From positions 512,001 to 576,000 of the forward strand of contig CAVXWZ010000002.1 of the NCBI GenBank assembly GCA_963765575.1: a stretch of 64,000 bases of DNA. The letters are read 5' to 3'. The notes under the pieces were generated by a model. It ran no database searches. It had not been told where the DNA came from and worked only from the letters and a program-made list of their open reading frames with translations. Below, piece by piece: positions 54,990-64,000 of the stretch. Every line of letters begins with the position of its first letter. The stretch's first letter is position 1. Made by a program: the position numbers and the translations under genes. The DNA comes from an uncultured cyanobacterium. Its GTDB lineage: Bacteria; Cyanobacteriota; Cyanobacteriia; PCC-6307; Cyanobiaceae.

Positions 54990-55866
54990 GGCCGGCCAGC
55001 CACTCCAGCAGGGCGGCATTCACCTGTTCCGGCACTTCGTCGTGGGGACAGTGGCCGGCCTCCAGCACCACCTCGCTGGTGGCCGCCGGCGCGTGCCGCT
55101 GGAAGGCGGCCCGGCGGCCGGCGGCGTTGATCCAGGGATCGCGGATGCCCCAGAGCAGCAGCAGCGGGCAGTTCAGCTCGGCGAAGAGTTCATCGAGGGG
55201 CTGGCCCCGGGGGATGTCGAACACGGTGCGGAACACCCCGAACGCCCCCGGATCCAGCGAGGGACGACGGATCGCCTCCACCAGCTCCGCATCGACATGG
55301 GTGCGGTCGATGTACACCTGGTTGAGGGTGCGGCGAATGGTCGCCGGACGGCGCAGGTTCTCGAACAGCAACCGCTGCAGCACCGGGCTGCGCAGCAGGG
55401 CGCCGCCGATCGTCTGACGGGCGATCGCCCCCCAGCCCCGCGGCGGCGCCTGCTCATCGCTGAAGGGCCCGGCGGCATTGAGCAGCGCCACCCCCGCCGC
55501 CTGCTCAGCCAGGGCCACGGCCGCGGCCAGGCAGGCGAAGCCGCCCAGGGAATTGCCCACCAGCACCGTGGGCCGGCCGATGCGCTCGGCCACATAGGCA
55601 CTGAGCTGGTCGCGCCAGAGGGCGCCGCCGTAGGCCAGGCCGGCGGGCTTGGCGCTGCGTCCAAACCCCAGCAGATCGATGGCATGCACCTCATGGCGGC
55701 GGGCCAGCACCGGCAGGTTGTGGCGCCAGTGGTCGGTGGAGGCGCCGAAGCCATGCACCAGCAGCAGCGCCGGCCCCTGCGGCCGCTCCGGCACGGCCTT
55801 CAGCGCATGGACTGCATGGCCGCGGTACTGCCAGGGCTGCACCCGGATCGCCGCGCCCGATTCCAT
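54889..55866 (-). CDS. Alpha/beta-fold hydrolase
   Basis: VHGFGAS, DLLGFG, GNSLGG, WGIRDPW, GHCPHDE. Confidence 0.92.
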   Translation of the reverse strand: MESGAAIRVQPWQYRGHAVHALKAVPERPQGPALLLVHGFGASTDHWRHNLPVLARRHEVHAIDLLGFGRSAKPAGLAYGGALWRDQLSAYVAERIGRPTVLVGNSLGGFACLAAAVALAEQAAGVALLNAAGPFSDEQAPPRGWGAIARQTIGGALLRSPVLQRLLFENLRRPATIRRTLNQVYIDRTHVDAELVEAIRRPSLDPGAFGVFRTVFDIPRGQPLDELFAELNCPLLLLWGIRDPWINAAGRRAAFQRHAPAATSEVVLEAGHCPHDEVPEQVNAALLEWLAGLSSAASPAAGEGAGAEPPATGPGPAAVSDRTAA

Positions 55867-55954
55867 CTTGCCGCTCACCGCACTCACCGCCGACTCCCTG
55901 GGGTGGTTGATGCTAGGGATCACACCCCAGCGTCGGCCCCGCCCCGGCTCCCCC

Positions 55955-56263
55955 ATGGTTGTGCCCCACTGGATTCCCCTGCTGCCCGGCACCGCCTTCT
56001 GGGCGCTGGCGCTCTACCTGCCCCTGAGCCTGCCGCTGGCGCGCCTGGAGGCGGCGCTGGCCGCCGGCAGCCTGCCCGAGAACCTGCAGCAGCTGGTGCT
56101 GGTGGTCGGCAGCCTGCTGCTGGCCCTGGCGGTGGGGGGCCTCACCAACCTGGCCCTGAGCTGGGCCCTGGGCCCCAGCTGGGCCAGCAGCATGGGGCTG
56201 ATCGCCGCCGGCTGGGGCGCCTTCACAGCCCTCGCCAGTCAAGCCAGGGACAACGGGGAATGA
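55955..56263 (+). CDS. Small membrane hypothetical protein
   Basis: Three hydrophobic segments (GTAFWALALYLPLS...SWALGPSWA). Confidence 0.65.
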   Translation: MVVPHWIPLLPGTAFWALALYLPLSLPLARLEAALAAGSLPENLQQLVLVVGSLLLALAVGGLTNLALSWALGPSWASSMGLIAAGWGAFTALASQARDNGE

Positions 56264-56825
56264 TCGCCGGCGTGCTGCTGCGGTAGGCGGCATAGCTGGG
56301 ATGGAGGCGCTGCAGGCCCCGCTCCTCGCGCCGGGCCTTGCCCCCCAGCACCACCACCAGGGCCAGCAACAACCCGAGGTGCAGCAGGCTGCCCAGGGCC
56401 AGCGTCAGGCCCAGGGAGCACACCAGCACCGCCTGGTAGAGGGGGTGACGGCAGCGGGCGTAGGCACCCGTGGTCACCAGCGCCGCGTCAGCCATCGGCT
56501 CGGGCAGGGGCGTGAGGTTGGATCCCAGCCGCAGGAAGGCCTGCAGCGCCAGCAGCAGCCCCGCCAGCAGCAGCGCAGCGCCAGCGAAGGCCAGGGGCAG
56601 CGGCCAGGCGACACCCCAGGAGCCCGGGGCCGGCCAGGCAGGCAGCAGGTGGGCGGCGATCAGCAGCAGCTGGGCCAGCAGCCACCACTCGCCACGCCGG
56701 TTGTCGAGCCAGCCGCCCCAGCTCAGGCCCCAGCGCCGGGGCAGCTCCAGCAGGGGGCGGGAGGCAGGGCCAGCGGCCGGATCAGGTGGGGATTTCGGCG
56801 AGGGGGTCAAGGTCCGGTCCTCCAC
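56223..56825 (-). CDS. Isoprenylcysteine carboxyl methyltransferase / PEMT family membrane protein
   Basis: LTPLPEP, LVTTGAYARCRHPLY, KARREE, YAAYR. Start uncertain. Confidence 0.85.
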   Translation of the reverse strand: MEDRTLTPSPKSPPDPAAGPASRPLLELPRRWGLSWGGWLDNRRGEWWLLAQLLLIAAHLLPAWPAPGSWGVAWPLPLAFAGAALLLAGLLLALQAFLRLGSNLTPLPEPMADAALVTTGAYARCRHPLYQAVLVCSLGLTLALGSLLHLGLLLALVVVLGGKARREERGLQRLHPSYAAYRSSTPAIIPRCPWLDWRGL

Positions 56826-58149
56826 TGCTGCCGCTGAGCACCACCCGTAGCAGAATCGGCGCCAGGAAGGTGGTACCGATCACCATCAGCAGGATGGCGG
56901 CCTCCAGGGGCTTGGTGAGCAGGCCGGCCTGGGTGCCCAGGCCCAGAAAGATCAGACCCACCTCACCCCGCGGCATCATCCCCAGACCCACCACCAGGCG
57001 GTTGGTCTTCTCCTTGCTGATGTAGCTCCAGCCGGCGGCGATCTTGCCGGCGATCGCCACCACCAACAGGAAGGCGGCGATGATCAGCCCCTCGCGGTTG
57101 TCGGGGTTGAAGGGGTTGAGCACCGCCAGGTCCATGCTGGTGCCGATCAGCACGAAGAAGATGGTGGCGAACAGGGCCACCAGGGGCTTGACCGCCGCAT
57201 CGATGGCGTGGGTGTGCTTGGAGGCGCTGAGGATCAGGCCGGCGGCGAAGGCGCCCAGGGCGGCCTCAAGGCCGATCGCCTGGGCGGCGAAGCAGCAGAG
57301 CGAGAGCACCACGAAGGAGGCCACCACCACCTCACCGGGGGCCTTGAGGCGATCCAGCAGCCAGTCGAAGCCTGGGGCGGCGGTGCGGCTGAGGAACAGG
57401 GCCGCGGCCACGAACACGCCGGCGGCGGCCACCAGCTTGAGGATCGGTCCGAGGCTGAAGCCGGCACCACCCGCCAGGCTCACCACCACCGCCAGGATGA
57501 CGATGCCGAGGATGTCATCGAGCACGGCGGCGCCGATCACGGTCTGGCCCTCGCGGGTCTTGAGAAACTTGAGCTCCCCGAAGACGCTGGCGGTGATGCC
57601 GATCGAGGTGGCGGTCATCGCCGCGCCGGCGAAGATCGCCGGAATCAGCGGCACATCAAAGAAGTAGTAGAGGCCGGCGGTGCCCAGGGCGAAGGGGAGC
57701 ACCACCCCGGTCACGGCCACGGTGGTGGCCTGCATGCCCACGGCCACCAGCTCGTCGAGTTCGCTCTCCAGGCCGGTGAGGAAGAGCAGCGCGTAGAGGC
57801 CGATCTCCGAGACGGCCTGGAGGTTGGGGAAGGTTTCGCTGTAGAGCTCCTGCACGGTGTCGGGCGAGACCTCGGAGAGGGAGCCCACCAGGGAGAGCAG
57901 CCAGCCGCTGAGCTGGGCCTGGGTTTCAGGGGGCACGATCAGGTGCAGGCCGGAGACGCCGATGAGCACACCGGCCACCAGCTCGCCGAGGATGGTGGGT
58001 AGCTGGATGCGCACCATCAGCTCAGCGAGCAGCCGCGCCGCCACGAAGATCACCAGAAATTCGCCCACGGCGATGAGGGTTTCGGCCACCTCGAGCTGAT
58101 GGCTGCCCACCTCCAGCAGCAGCGACGGCAGGATCATGGGCAACTCCAT
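56782..58149 (-). CDS. Cation:proton antiporter (CPA2, NhaS3-like)
   Basis: LFLTGLES, ATSIGIT, GAAVLDDILG, GMMPRGEVG; many TM helices. Confidence 0.92.
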   Translation of the reverse strand: MELPMILPSLLLEVGSHQLEVAETLIAVGEFLVIFVAARLLAELMVRIQLPTILGELVAGVLIGVSGLHLIVPPETQAQLSGWLLSLVGSLSEVSPDTVQELYSETFPNLQAVSEIGLYALLFLTGLESELDELVAVGMQATTVAVTGVVLPFALGTAGLYYFFDVPLIPAIFAGAAMTATSIGITASVFGELKFLKTREGQTVIGAAVLDDILGIVILAVVVSLAGGAGFSLGPILKLVAAAGVFVAAALFLSRTAAPGFDWLLDRLKAPGEVVVASFVVLSLCCFAAQAIGLEAALGAFAAGLILSASKHTHAIDAAVKPLVALFATIFFVLIGTSMDLAVLNPFNPDNREGLIIAAFLLVVAIAGKIAAGWSYISKEKTNRLVVGLGMMPRGEVGLIFLGLGTQAGLLTKPLEAAILLMVIGTTFLAPILLRVVLSGSSGGPDLDPLAEIPT

Positions 58150-58300
58150 GGTCAGGGGGATCGATAGGGAAAAGCGGGCCCGACCATAAGGCGATTCGCC
58201 GCAGCGCAGCCGCAGGCCGGTGTTCGCTTGCTGATCCCTAGTCGCAGGAGGCAGTCGGCCGTGGCAGCGGTGGCTACGGTCGGCAGACTCCGGTTCCCGC

Positions 58301-60871
58301 ATGACGCAGGCCAACCCGCTCACCCCGATCGAGCCCGAGCGGCTCGCCGCCAGTCGGCCGGCCAACCTGCGCCTGCCCACCCCGGGCTGCTACGCCGACC
58401 CCCACCGCAGCGGCCTGGGCGCCAGCGAGGTGTTCGACGGCATGACCGAGCACCTCTTCTACACGCTCGGCAAGCTCGCCCCCACCGCCAGCCGCCACGA
58501 CCTCTACATGGCGCTCAGCTTCGCGGTGCGCGACCGGCTGATGACCCGCTATCTGGCCGGCGTGGAGGCCCTGCGCGCCACCCCCACCCGGGTGGTGGCC
58601 TACCTCTCGGCCGAGTTCCTGATCGGGCCCCAGCTGGGCAACAACCTGCTGATGCTCGGCATTCAGGAGGCGGCGGCCGAGGCCCTCAAGGGCTTCGGCA
58701 TCCAAGACCTCGGCGAGATCCTCGATGTGGAGGAGGAGCCGGGGCTGGGCAATGGCGGCCTCGGCCGCCTGGCGGCCTGCTTCCTGGAATCCCTGGCCTC
58801 CCTGGAGATCCCGGCTACCGGCTACGGCATCCGCTACGAATTCGGCATCTTCGACCAGCTGATCCGCGACGGCTGGCAGGTGGAGATCACCGACAAGTGG
58901 CTGAAGGCCGGCTGGCCGTGGGAGCTGCCCCAGCCCGACCAGGCCTGCTTCGTGGGCTTCGGGGGCCGCACCGAGACCTACAGCGACAGCCACGGCGTGC
59001 AGCGCAGCCGCTGGATCCCGGCCGAGCACGCCATCGGCGTGCCCCACGACGTGCCGGTGCTGGGCTACCGGGTGAACACCTGCGACCGGTTGCGGCTGTG
59101 GCGGGCCGACGCCACCGAGAGCTTCGATTTCTACGCCTTCAACATCGGCGACTACTACGGCGCCGTGGAGGAGAAGGTGGGCAGTGAAACCCTCTCCAAG
59201 GTGCTCTACCCCAACGACGGCACCGATGAGGGCCGGCGGCTGCGGCTCAAGCAGCAGCACTTCTTCGTGAGCTGTTCCCTGCAGGACATGATCCGCAGCC
59301 TCGAGGCCCGCGGCATCCCGGTGCAGGAGTTTCCCCAGCACTGGGCGGTGCAGCTCAACGACACCCACCCCTCGATCGCGGTGGCCGAACTGATGCGGCT
59401 GCTGCTCGATGAGAAGCATCTCGAATGGGAGGACGCCTGGACGATCACCACCGCCTCACTCGCCTACACCAACCACACCCTGCTCCCCGAGGCGCTGGAG
59501 AAGTGGGGGGTTGATTTGATGGGCTCGCTGCTGCCGCGCCACCTGGAGATCATCTACGAGATCAACCGCCGCTTCCTGCAGCAGGTGCGGATACGCCATC
59601 CCGGCGATGAACAGATGCTGCGACGCGTGTCGATCATCGATGAGGACGGCCCCAAGGCCGTGCGCATGGCCCACCTGGCCACGATCGGCTGCCACCATGT
59701 GAACGGTGTGGCGGCCCTGCACAGCGATCTGGTGCAGCGGGACCTGTTCCCCGACTTTGCCGCTCTGTGGCCGCAGAAGTTCACCAATGTGACCAACGGC
59801 GTCACCCCACGGCGCTGGCTGGCCCTGGCCAATCCCCGACTCTCCAGCCTGATCAGCGACGCCATCGGCGACGGCTGGGTGAAGGATCTCGATCAATTGC
59901 GCCGACTGGAGGCCTTTGCCGACGACGACGGCTTCCTGGAGCGCTGGGGTGACACCAAGCTGGCGGTGAAGACCCAGCTTGCCAATTACATCAAGAGCCA
60001 CACTGGCGTGCTGGTGGATCCCACATCCCTGTTCGACGTGCAGGTGAAGCGCATCCACGAATACAAACGCCAGCACCTCTGCGCCCTGCAGGTGATCGCC
60101 CACTACCTGCGCATCAAGAGCGGCACCGGCGACGATCTGCCGTCACGCACGGTGATCTTTGGTGGCAAGGCAGCTCCCGGCTACTACATGGCCAAGCTGA
60201 TCATCCGCTTCATCAACGGCATCGCCCAAACGGTGAACTCCGATCCCGATATGGACGGGCGCCTGCGGGTGATCTTCCTGGCCGATTACAGCGTCAAGCT
60301 GGGTGAGAAGGTGTATCCGGCCACCGACCTCTCCGAGCAGGTCTCGACTGCCGGCAAGGAGGCTTCGGGCACCGGCAACATGAAGTTCGCCATGAATGGT
60401 GCGCTCACCATCGGCACCCTCGATGGCGCCAACGTGGAGATTCGCGAGCAGGTGGGCGCGGACAACTTCTTCCTGTTCGGCCGCACCGCCGACGAGATCG
60501 CCGCCCTGCGCGCCGAGGGCTACCGCCCCTGGGAATGGATCAGCTCAATCCCCGAGCTGGGGGAGGTGCTGCGCCTGATCGAGCAGGGCCACTTCAGCGA
60601 CGGCGACAGTGATCTGTTCCGGCCGCTGCTGCAGAACCTCACCGGCCAGGACCCCTTCTTCGTGCTGGCCGATTTCCAGGACTACCTGCGCGCCCAGAGC
60701 GAGGTGAACCAGGCCTGGGCCGATCGCCGGCGCTGGAACCGCATGGCCCTGCTCAATTCGGCCCGCACGGGCTTTTTCTCCTCCGACCGCTCGATCCGCG
60801 AGTACGCCGAGCGCATCTGGGACGCCCAGCCCTACCCGGTGACGATCACCTGCGAGACAGATCAGGCCTGA
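58301..60871 (+). CDS. glgP: Glycogen phosphorylase
   Basis: GLGNGGLGRLAAC, QLNDTHP, VKRIHEYKRQ, EASGTGNMKF. Confidence 0.97.
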   Translation: MTQANPLTPIEPERLAASRPANLRLPTPGCYADPHRSGLGASEVFDGMTEHLFYTLGKLAPTASRHDLYMALSFAVRDRLMTRYLAGVEALRATPTRVVAYLSAEFLIGPQLGNNLLMLGIQEAAAEALKGFGIQDLGEILDVEEEPGLGNGGLGRLAACFLESLASLEIPATGYGIRYEFGIFDQLIRDGWQVEITDKWLKAGWPWELPQPDQACFVGFGGRTETYSDSHGVQRSRWIPAEHAIGVPHDVPVLGYRVNTCDRLRLWRADATESFDFYAFNIGDYYGAVEEKVGSETLSKVLYPNDGTDEGRRLRLKQQHFFVSCSLQDMIRSLEARGIPVQEFPQHWAVQLNDTHPSIAVAELMRLLLDEKHLEWEDAWTITTASLAYTNHTLLPEALEKWGVDLMGSLLPRHLEIIYEINRRFLQQVRIRHPGDEQMLRRVSIIDEDGPKAVRMAHLATIGCHHVNGVAALHSDLVQRDLFPDFAALWPQKFTNVTNGVTPRRWLALANPRLSSLISDAIGDGWVKDLDQLRRLEAFADDDGFLERWGDTKLAVKTQLANYIKSHTGVLVDPTSLFDVQVKRIHEYKRQHLCALQVIAHYLRIKSGTGDDLPSRTVIFGGKAAPGYYMAKLIIRFINGIAQTVNSDPDMDGRLRVIFLADYSVKLGEKVYPATDLSEQVSTAGKEASGTGNMKFAMNGALTIGTLDGANVEIREQVGADNFFLFGRTADEIAALRAEGYRPWEWISSIPELGEVLRLIEQGHFSDGDSDLFRPLLQNLTGQDPFFVLADFQDYLRAQSEVNQAWADRRRWNRMALLNSARTGFFSSDRSIREYAERIWDAQPYPVTITCETDQA

Positions 60872-60909
60872 CAAATCAGGCCTGAACGCCGGATCGGGGC
60901 TGATCGCGC

Positions 60910-61407
60910 TCAGCCCCGGTCCGGCAGATCGGGGGTCTGGTGCAGCAGCCGGTTGAGCCGCAGCCGGTCCGCGTTGAGGGGGTCGGGGGCCAGCTCGCCG
61001 GCCTGCTCATGGAAGGTTTGCTCCACCTCCTCGGGCACGCGCACATCGAAGATGCGCTCCATCAGCGCCTCGATCGAGAACAGGTGGGCATTGATGTTCT
61101 CCAGATCAGCCAGGGCCTGCTGCATGGCATCGGGCTCGCTCTGCTCGTCCGGCTCGGCCCCAGGGGCGACAACGGCTCCGGCAGGGCCGGCGACGGGCTG
61201 GGCCTCATTGGCATCCTGCCGCTTCTGCAGCTCCTCCATCACCCGACCGGCGAGGGTGCGGAACGACTGCAGGGCCGCCCAATTGAGTTCCTGCTGCTGT
61301 CGCAGGCTGGGATTTTCGCGGATCAGTCGGTCATGCTCCCGATAGAAACGCTGGCAATCAGGGCACTGGCAGGGCTCTTCGGGCACCGCGCTCCCTATCC
61401 GTCGCAA
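60910..61407 (-). CDS. Hypothetical protein with an N-terminal CxCxxC motif
   Basis: PCQCPDCQRFYREHDRLIRE followed by coiled-coil-like segments. Confidence 0.7.
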   Translation of the reverse strand: MRRIGSAVPEEPCQCPDCQRFYREHDRLIRENPSLRQQQELNWAALQSFRTLAGRVMEELQKRQDANEAQPVAGPAGAVVAPGAEPDEQSEPDAMQQALADLENINAHLFSIEALMERIFDVRVPEEVEQTFHEQAGELAPDPLNADRLRLNRLLHQTPDLPDRG

Positions 61408-61433
61408 CCCCCATCATGGCATCAGGGAACACA

Positions 61434-61733
61434 TCAGGCCGCTGATGGGTCGGATTCGTCGGCCGACGGCAGCGGAATCTCGATTGAGGTCACCACGTTG
61501 ATCACATCGCGCAGCCGCATCGAATCGGCAAACCAGCCCATGGCCTGCTCGGTGTCGCCCCGGCGCTCGGCATCACAGGCCTGCTCCTCGTGGGCTTCGA
61601 TCAACAGGGCCAGCCAGCAGAGGCAGCGGGCCTGCACCACGGAGAGGTCGAGTTCATCGGGCTGGGTGTCGAGGATCTGCTGGGTTTCCTGCTGAACCAG
61701 CAGACGCAGCCTGAGGTCGTGCAGCTGGGTCAT
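61434..61733 (-). CDS. Small hypothetical protein
   Basis: 99-aa ORF, same strand as its neighbour, host-like codon usage. Confidence 0.7.
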   Translation of the reverse strand: MTQLHDLRLRLLVQQETQQILDTQPDELDLSVVQARCLCWLALLIEAHEEQACDAERRGDTEQAMGWFADSMRLRDVINVVTSIEIPLPSADESDPSAA

Positions 61734-61907
61734 CGCGGGATGGCGACTGCTGACACGCTAGCGGCAGTGGCTGATTTCTCCAGGGCACCATTCGTAGCGT
61801 TCACTACCACAGCTCCACAAAGCGGCCGCCGCAGCGATGGTTGACATCAGGGGCGGCTCTGCGCAGGGTTTAGGAGATCCCCACCTGAGCCCCGAAGCCC
61901 AGAGCTG

Positions 61908-63524
61908 ATGCCCATTGTGATTCCTGAAGCCATACCCTCGCTCGTGCCCATGCCAGGCCCGTCGACGGCGCCCCTGGCCGTCCTTCCCGACGCCGCCGGA
62001 GCGGCCGGCAACCCGCTCCAAGCCGTGATCGGACCCCAGCTGATGGGCATGGTGGGCAACCTGCTGGGCGCCCTGGGGGTGCTGGTTCTGGGCTTCGTGG
62101 TGGCCGCCCTGCTGGCCCGCGGAGTGCGCCGCCTGGCGCGCCGCACTGGCTTGGACGGGCGCATCGCCGGGGCCGTGAGCGGCGACGGCGAGCGCCGGAT
62201 GCCGCGGCTTGAACGCCTGCTGGCGGCGGTGGTGTTCTGGGTGGTGATGGTGCTGGCCATCGTGGCCGCCCTGAACGTGCTGCAGCTCACGACCGTCTCG
62301 GAGCCGCTCAACGAGTTTCTCAATCAGATCTTCGCCTACCTGCCCAAGCTGGGCGCGGCCGCCTTGCTGGCGGCGCTCGCCTGGCTGCTGGCCACCGTGG
62401 CCCGGGCCGCCCTGCGGCGTGTGACCCAGGGTCTCGGCCACAACCAGCTCCTGGCCCCTCCGGCCGATGGGTCCGAAGCGGCCGCCGCCCCGGTGGCCCA
62501 GGTGGGCAACGCCCTGGCCGAGGTCGTCTACTGGCTGGTGCTGCTCTTCTTCCTGCCGCTGATCCTCAACGCCCTCAACCTGGGCTCCCAGGTCACCCCG
62601 GTGGTGAACCTGTTCGACACCTTCCTCGGCGCCCTGCCCCAGATCGCCAAGGCCGCCCTGATCGCGGCGGTGGGCTGGTTTGTGGCCCGCACCGTGCGGC
62701 TGCTGGTGGCCAACCTGCTGGCCTCCAGCGGCATCGACCAGGTGGGCGCCGGCCTCGGCCTCGACCCCAGCCAGGGCGGCCGCAAGCTGTCCTGGCTGGT
62801 GGGCACCGTGGCGTACGTGCTGATCCTGATCCCCACCGCCACCGCCGCCCTCGATGCCCTGGCGATTCCGGCGATCTCTGAGCCGGCCACGGCGATGCTC
62901 GACCGCATCCTCACCGCCCTGCCCCAGATCTTCACCGCCGTGCTGGTGCTGGCGCTGGGCGTGGTGGCGGGCCGCTTCATCGGCCAGCTGGTGAGCCGTC
63001 TACTGGCGGGGGTGGGCTTCGACCGCCTCTACAGCTGGATGGGGCTGGAGGGGCTGAACCGCAGCGGCGGCAGCGCCACGGGCCGCAGCCCCTCGGAACT
63101 GCTGGGGGTGGTGGCCCAGGTGGGCGTGGTGCTGTTCGCCGCCGTGGCCGCCACCAACGTGCTCAACCTGCCCGGCCTGGCCGAGGTGGTGGAAGGACTG
63201 CTGCTGCTGTTCGGCCAGATTCTCTCGGGCCTGGTGGTGTTCGCCGTGGGCCTCTACCTGGCGCAGCTGGCGCACCAGCTGGTGAGCAGCTCCAGCGGCC
63301 ACCAGGCGCCGCTGCTGGCCCAGATCGCGCGGGTGGCGATCATCGGTTTCACCGGCGCCATGGCGCTGCAGCAGATCGGCGTTGCCCCGAACATCGTGGG
63401 CCTGGCCTTCGGGCTGGTGCTGGGGTCGTTGGCGGTGGCCGCTGCGGTGGCCTTCGGACTCGGCGGCCGCGAAGTGGCGGGCGAGCAACTGCGCGAGTGG
63501 GTGGCGAGTCTCAAGCGCCGCTGA
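61908..63524 (+). CDS. TM-helix repeat / mechanosensitive-channel-associated membrane protein (CmpX-like)
   Basis: Repeated LP(K/Q)I-xxA TM units; AVAAAVAFGLGGRE C-terminus. Confidence 0.85.
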   Translation: MPIVIPEAIPSLVPMPGPSTAPLAVLPDAAGAAGNPLQAVIGPQLMGMVGNLLGALGVLVLGFVVAALLARGVRRLARRTGLDGRIAGAVSGDGERRMPRLERLLAAVVFWVVMVLAIVAALNVLQLTTVSEPLNEFLNQIFAYLPKLGAAALLAALAWLLATVARAALRRVTQGLGHNQLLAPPADGSEAAAAPVAQVGNALAEVVYWLVLLFFLPLILNALNLGSQVTPVVNLFDTFLGALPQIAKAALIAAVGWFVARTVRLLVANLLASSGIDQVGAGLGLDPSQGGRKLSWLVGTVAYVLILIPTATAALDALAIPAISEPATAMLDRILTALPQIFTAVLVLALGVVAGRFIGQLVSRLLAGVGFDRLYSWMGLEGLNRSGGSATGRSPSELLGVVAQVGVVLFAAVAATNVLNLPGLAEVVEGLLLLFGQILSGLVVFAVGLYLAQLAHQLVSSSSGHQAPLLAQIARVAIIGFTGAMALQQIGVAPNIVGLAFGLVLGSLAVAAAVAFGLGGREVAGEQLREWVASLKRR

Positions 63525-63560
63525 CGCCAGAGGCCAGTGCCGGCAGCCAGGGGTTGTCAA

Positions 63561-63634
<74 letters not shown>

Positions 63635-63691
63635 AGGAACCGGGCTGACGCCCAGCACTTGGTCATTATCCGCCACAGGTGATGATGGGCT

Positions 63692-64000
63692 GGAAAGCAG
63701 GCGAGGTGATCGCGATCAGGGGGCTGGCGGTCTTCGGGCCGCCGCTCCACCTGGTTGAGGAAAGTCCGGGCTCCCCAATGGCCAGGCTTGCTGGGTAACG
63801 CCCAGTGCGGGTGACCGTGAGGACAGTGCCACAGAAACACACCGCCGATGGCCCGGAGGCTCGCCTCCGCGGCACAGGCAAGGGTGCAAGGGTGCGGTAA
63901 GAGCGCACCAGCAGCATCGAGAGGTGCTGGCTCGGTAAACCCCGGCCGGGAGCAAGGCCCAGGGACAACGGTTGGCCATGACACCCGTCCCGCCACAAGT
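63692..64000 (+). ncRNA. rnpB: RNase P RNA (type A), 3' end beyond the window
   Basis: GAGGAAAGTCCGGGCT, AGTGCCACAGAAA, GGTAAGAGCGCACC, GGTAAACCCC...GAGCAAG. Confidence 0.96.

Overview
High-GC chromosomal segment of a picocyanobacterium (Cyanobium/Synechococcus-like, judged from gene content, the rnpB sequence and the gene order). Most of it is core metabolism: a sugar ABC transporter with treS, glpD, glpK and a GH13 hydrolase; nadC, mnmE, selO, relA/spoT, rbgA, pgk, murG, cobD and a selD fusion; Kdo genes (kdsD, kdsA, kdsC, kdsB); cca, pcrA, ho1, icd, glcF, glcE, an antiporter, glgP, tRNA-Arg(CCT) and rnpB. Two accessory stretches stand out. (1) About 43.7-46.6 kb is an AT-richer integron-type cassette array with no integrase in the window (a CALIN). 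It has two clear attC sites, up to three degenerate ones, and three cassette genes: a GIY-YIG/DUF4357 nuclease, an uncharacterised protein with a HEPN-like RxxxxH motif, and a decayed SDR. It sits directly behind an NYN RNase gene and is a candidate phage-defence array. (2) A lone vanadium-dependent haloperoxidase lies between pgk and a dehydrogenase gene. Several core genes (kdsA, pcrA, selD, the sugar ABC ATPase) carry single-base frameshifts that look like sequencing or assembly errors. All family assignments come from motif recognition by eye; no database searches were run.
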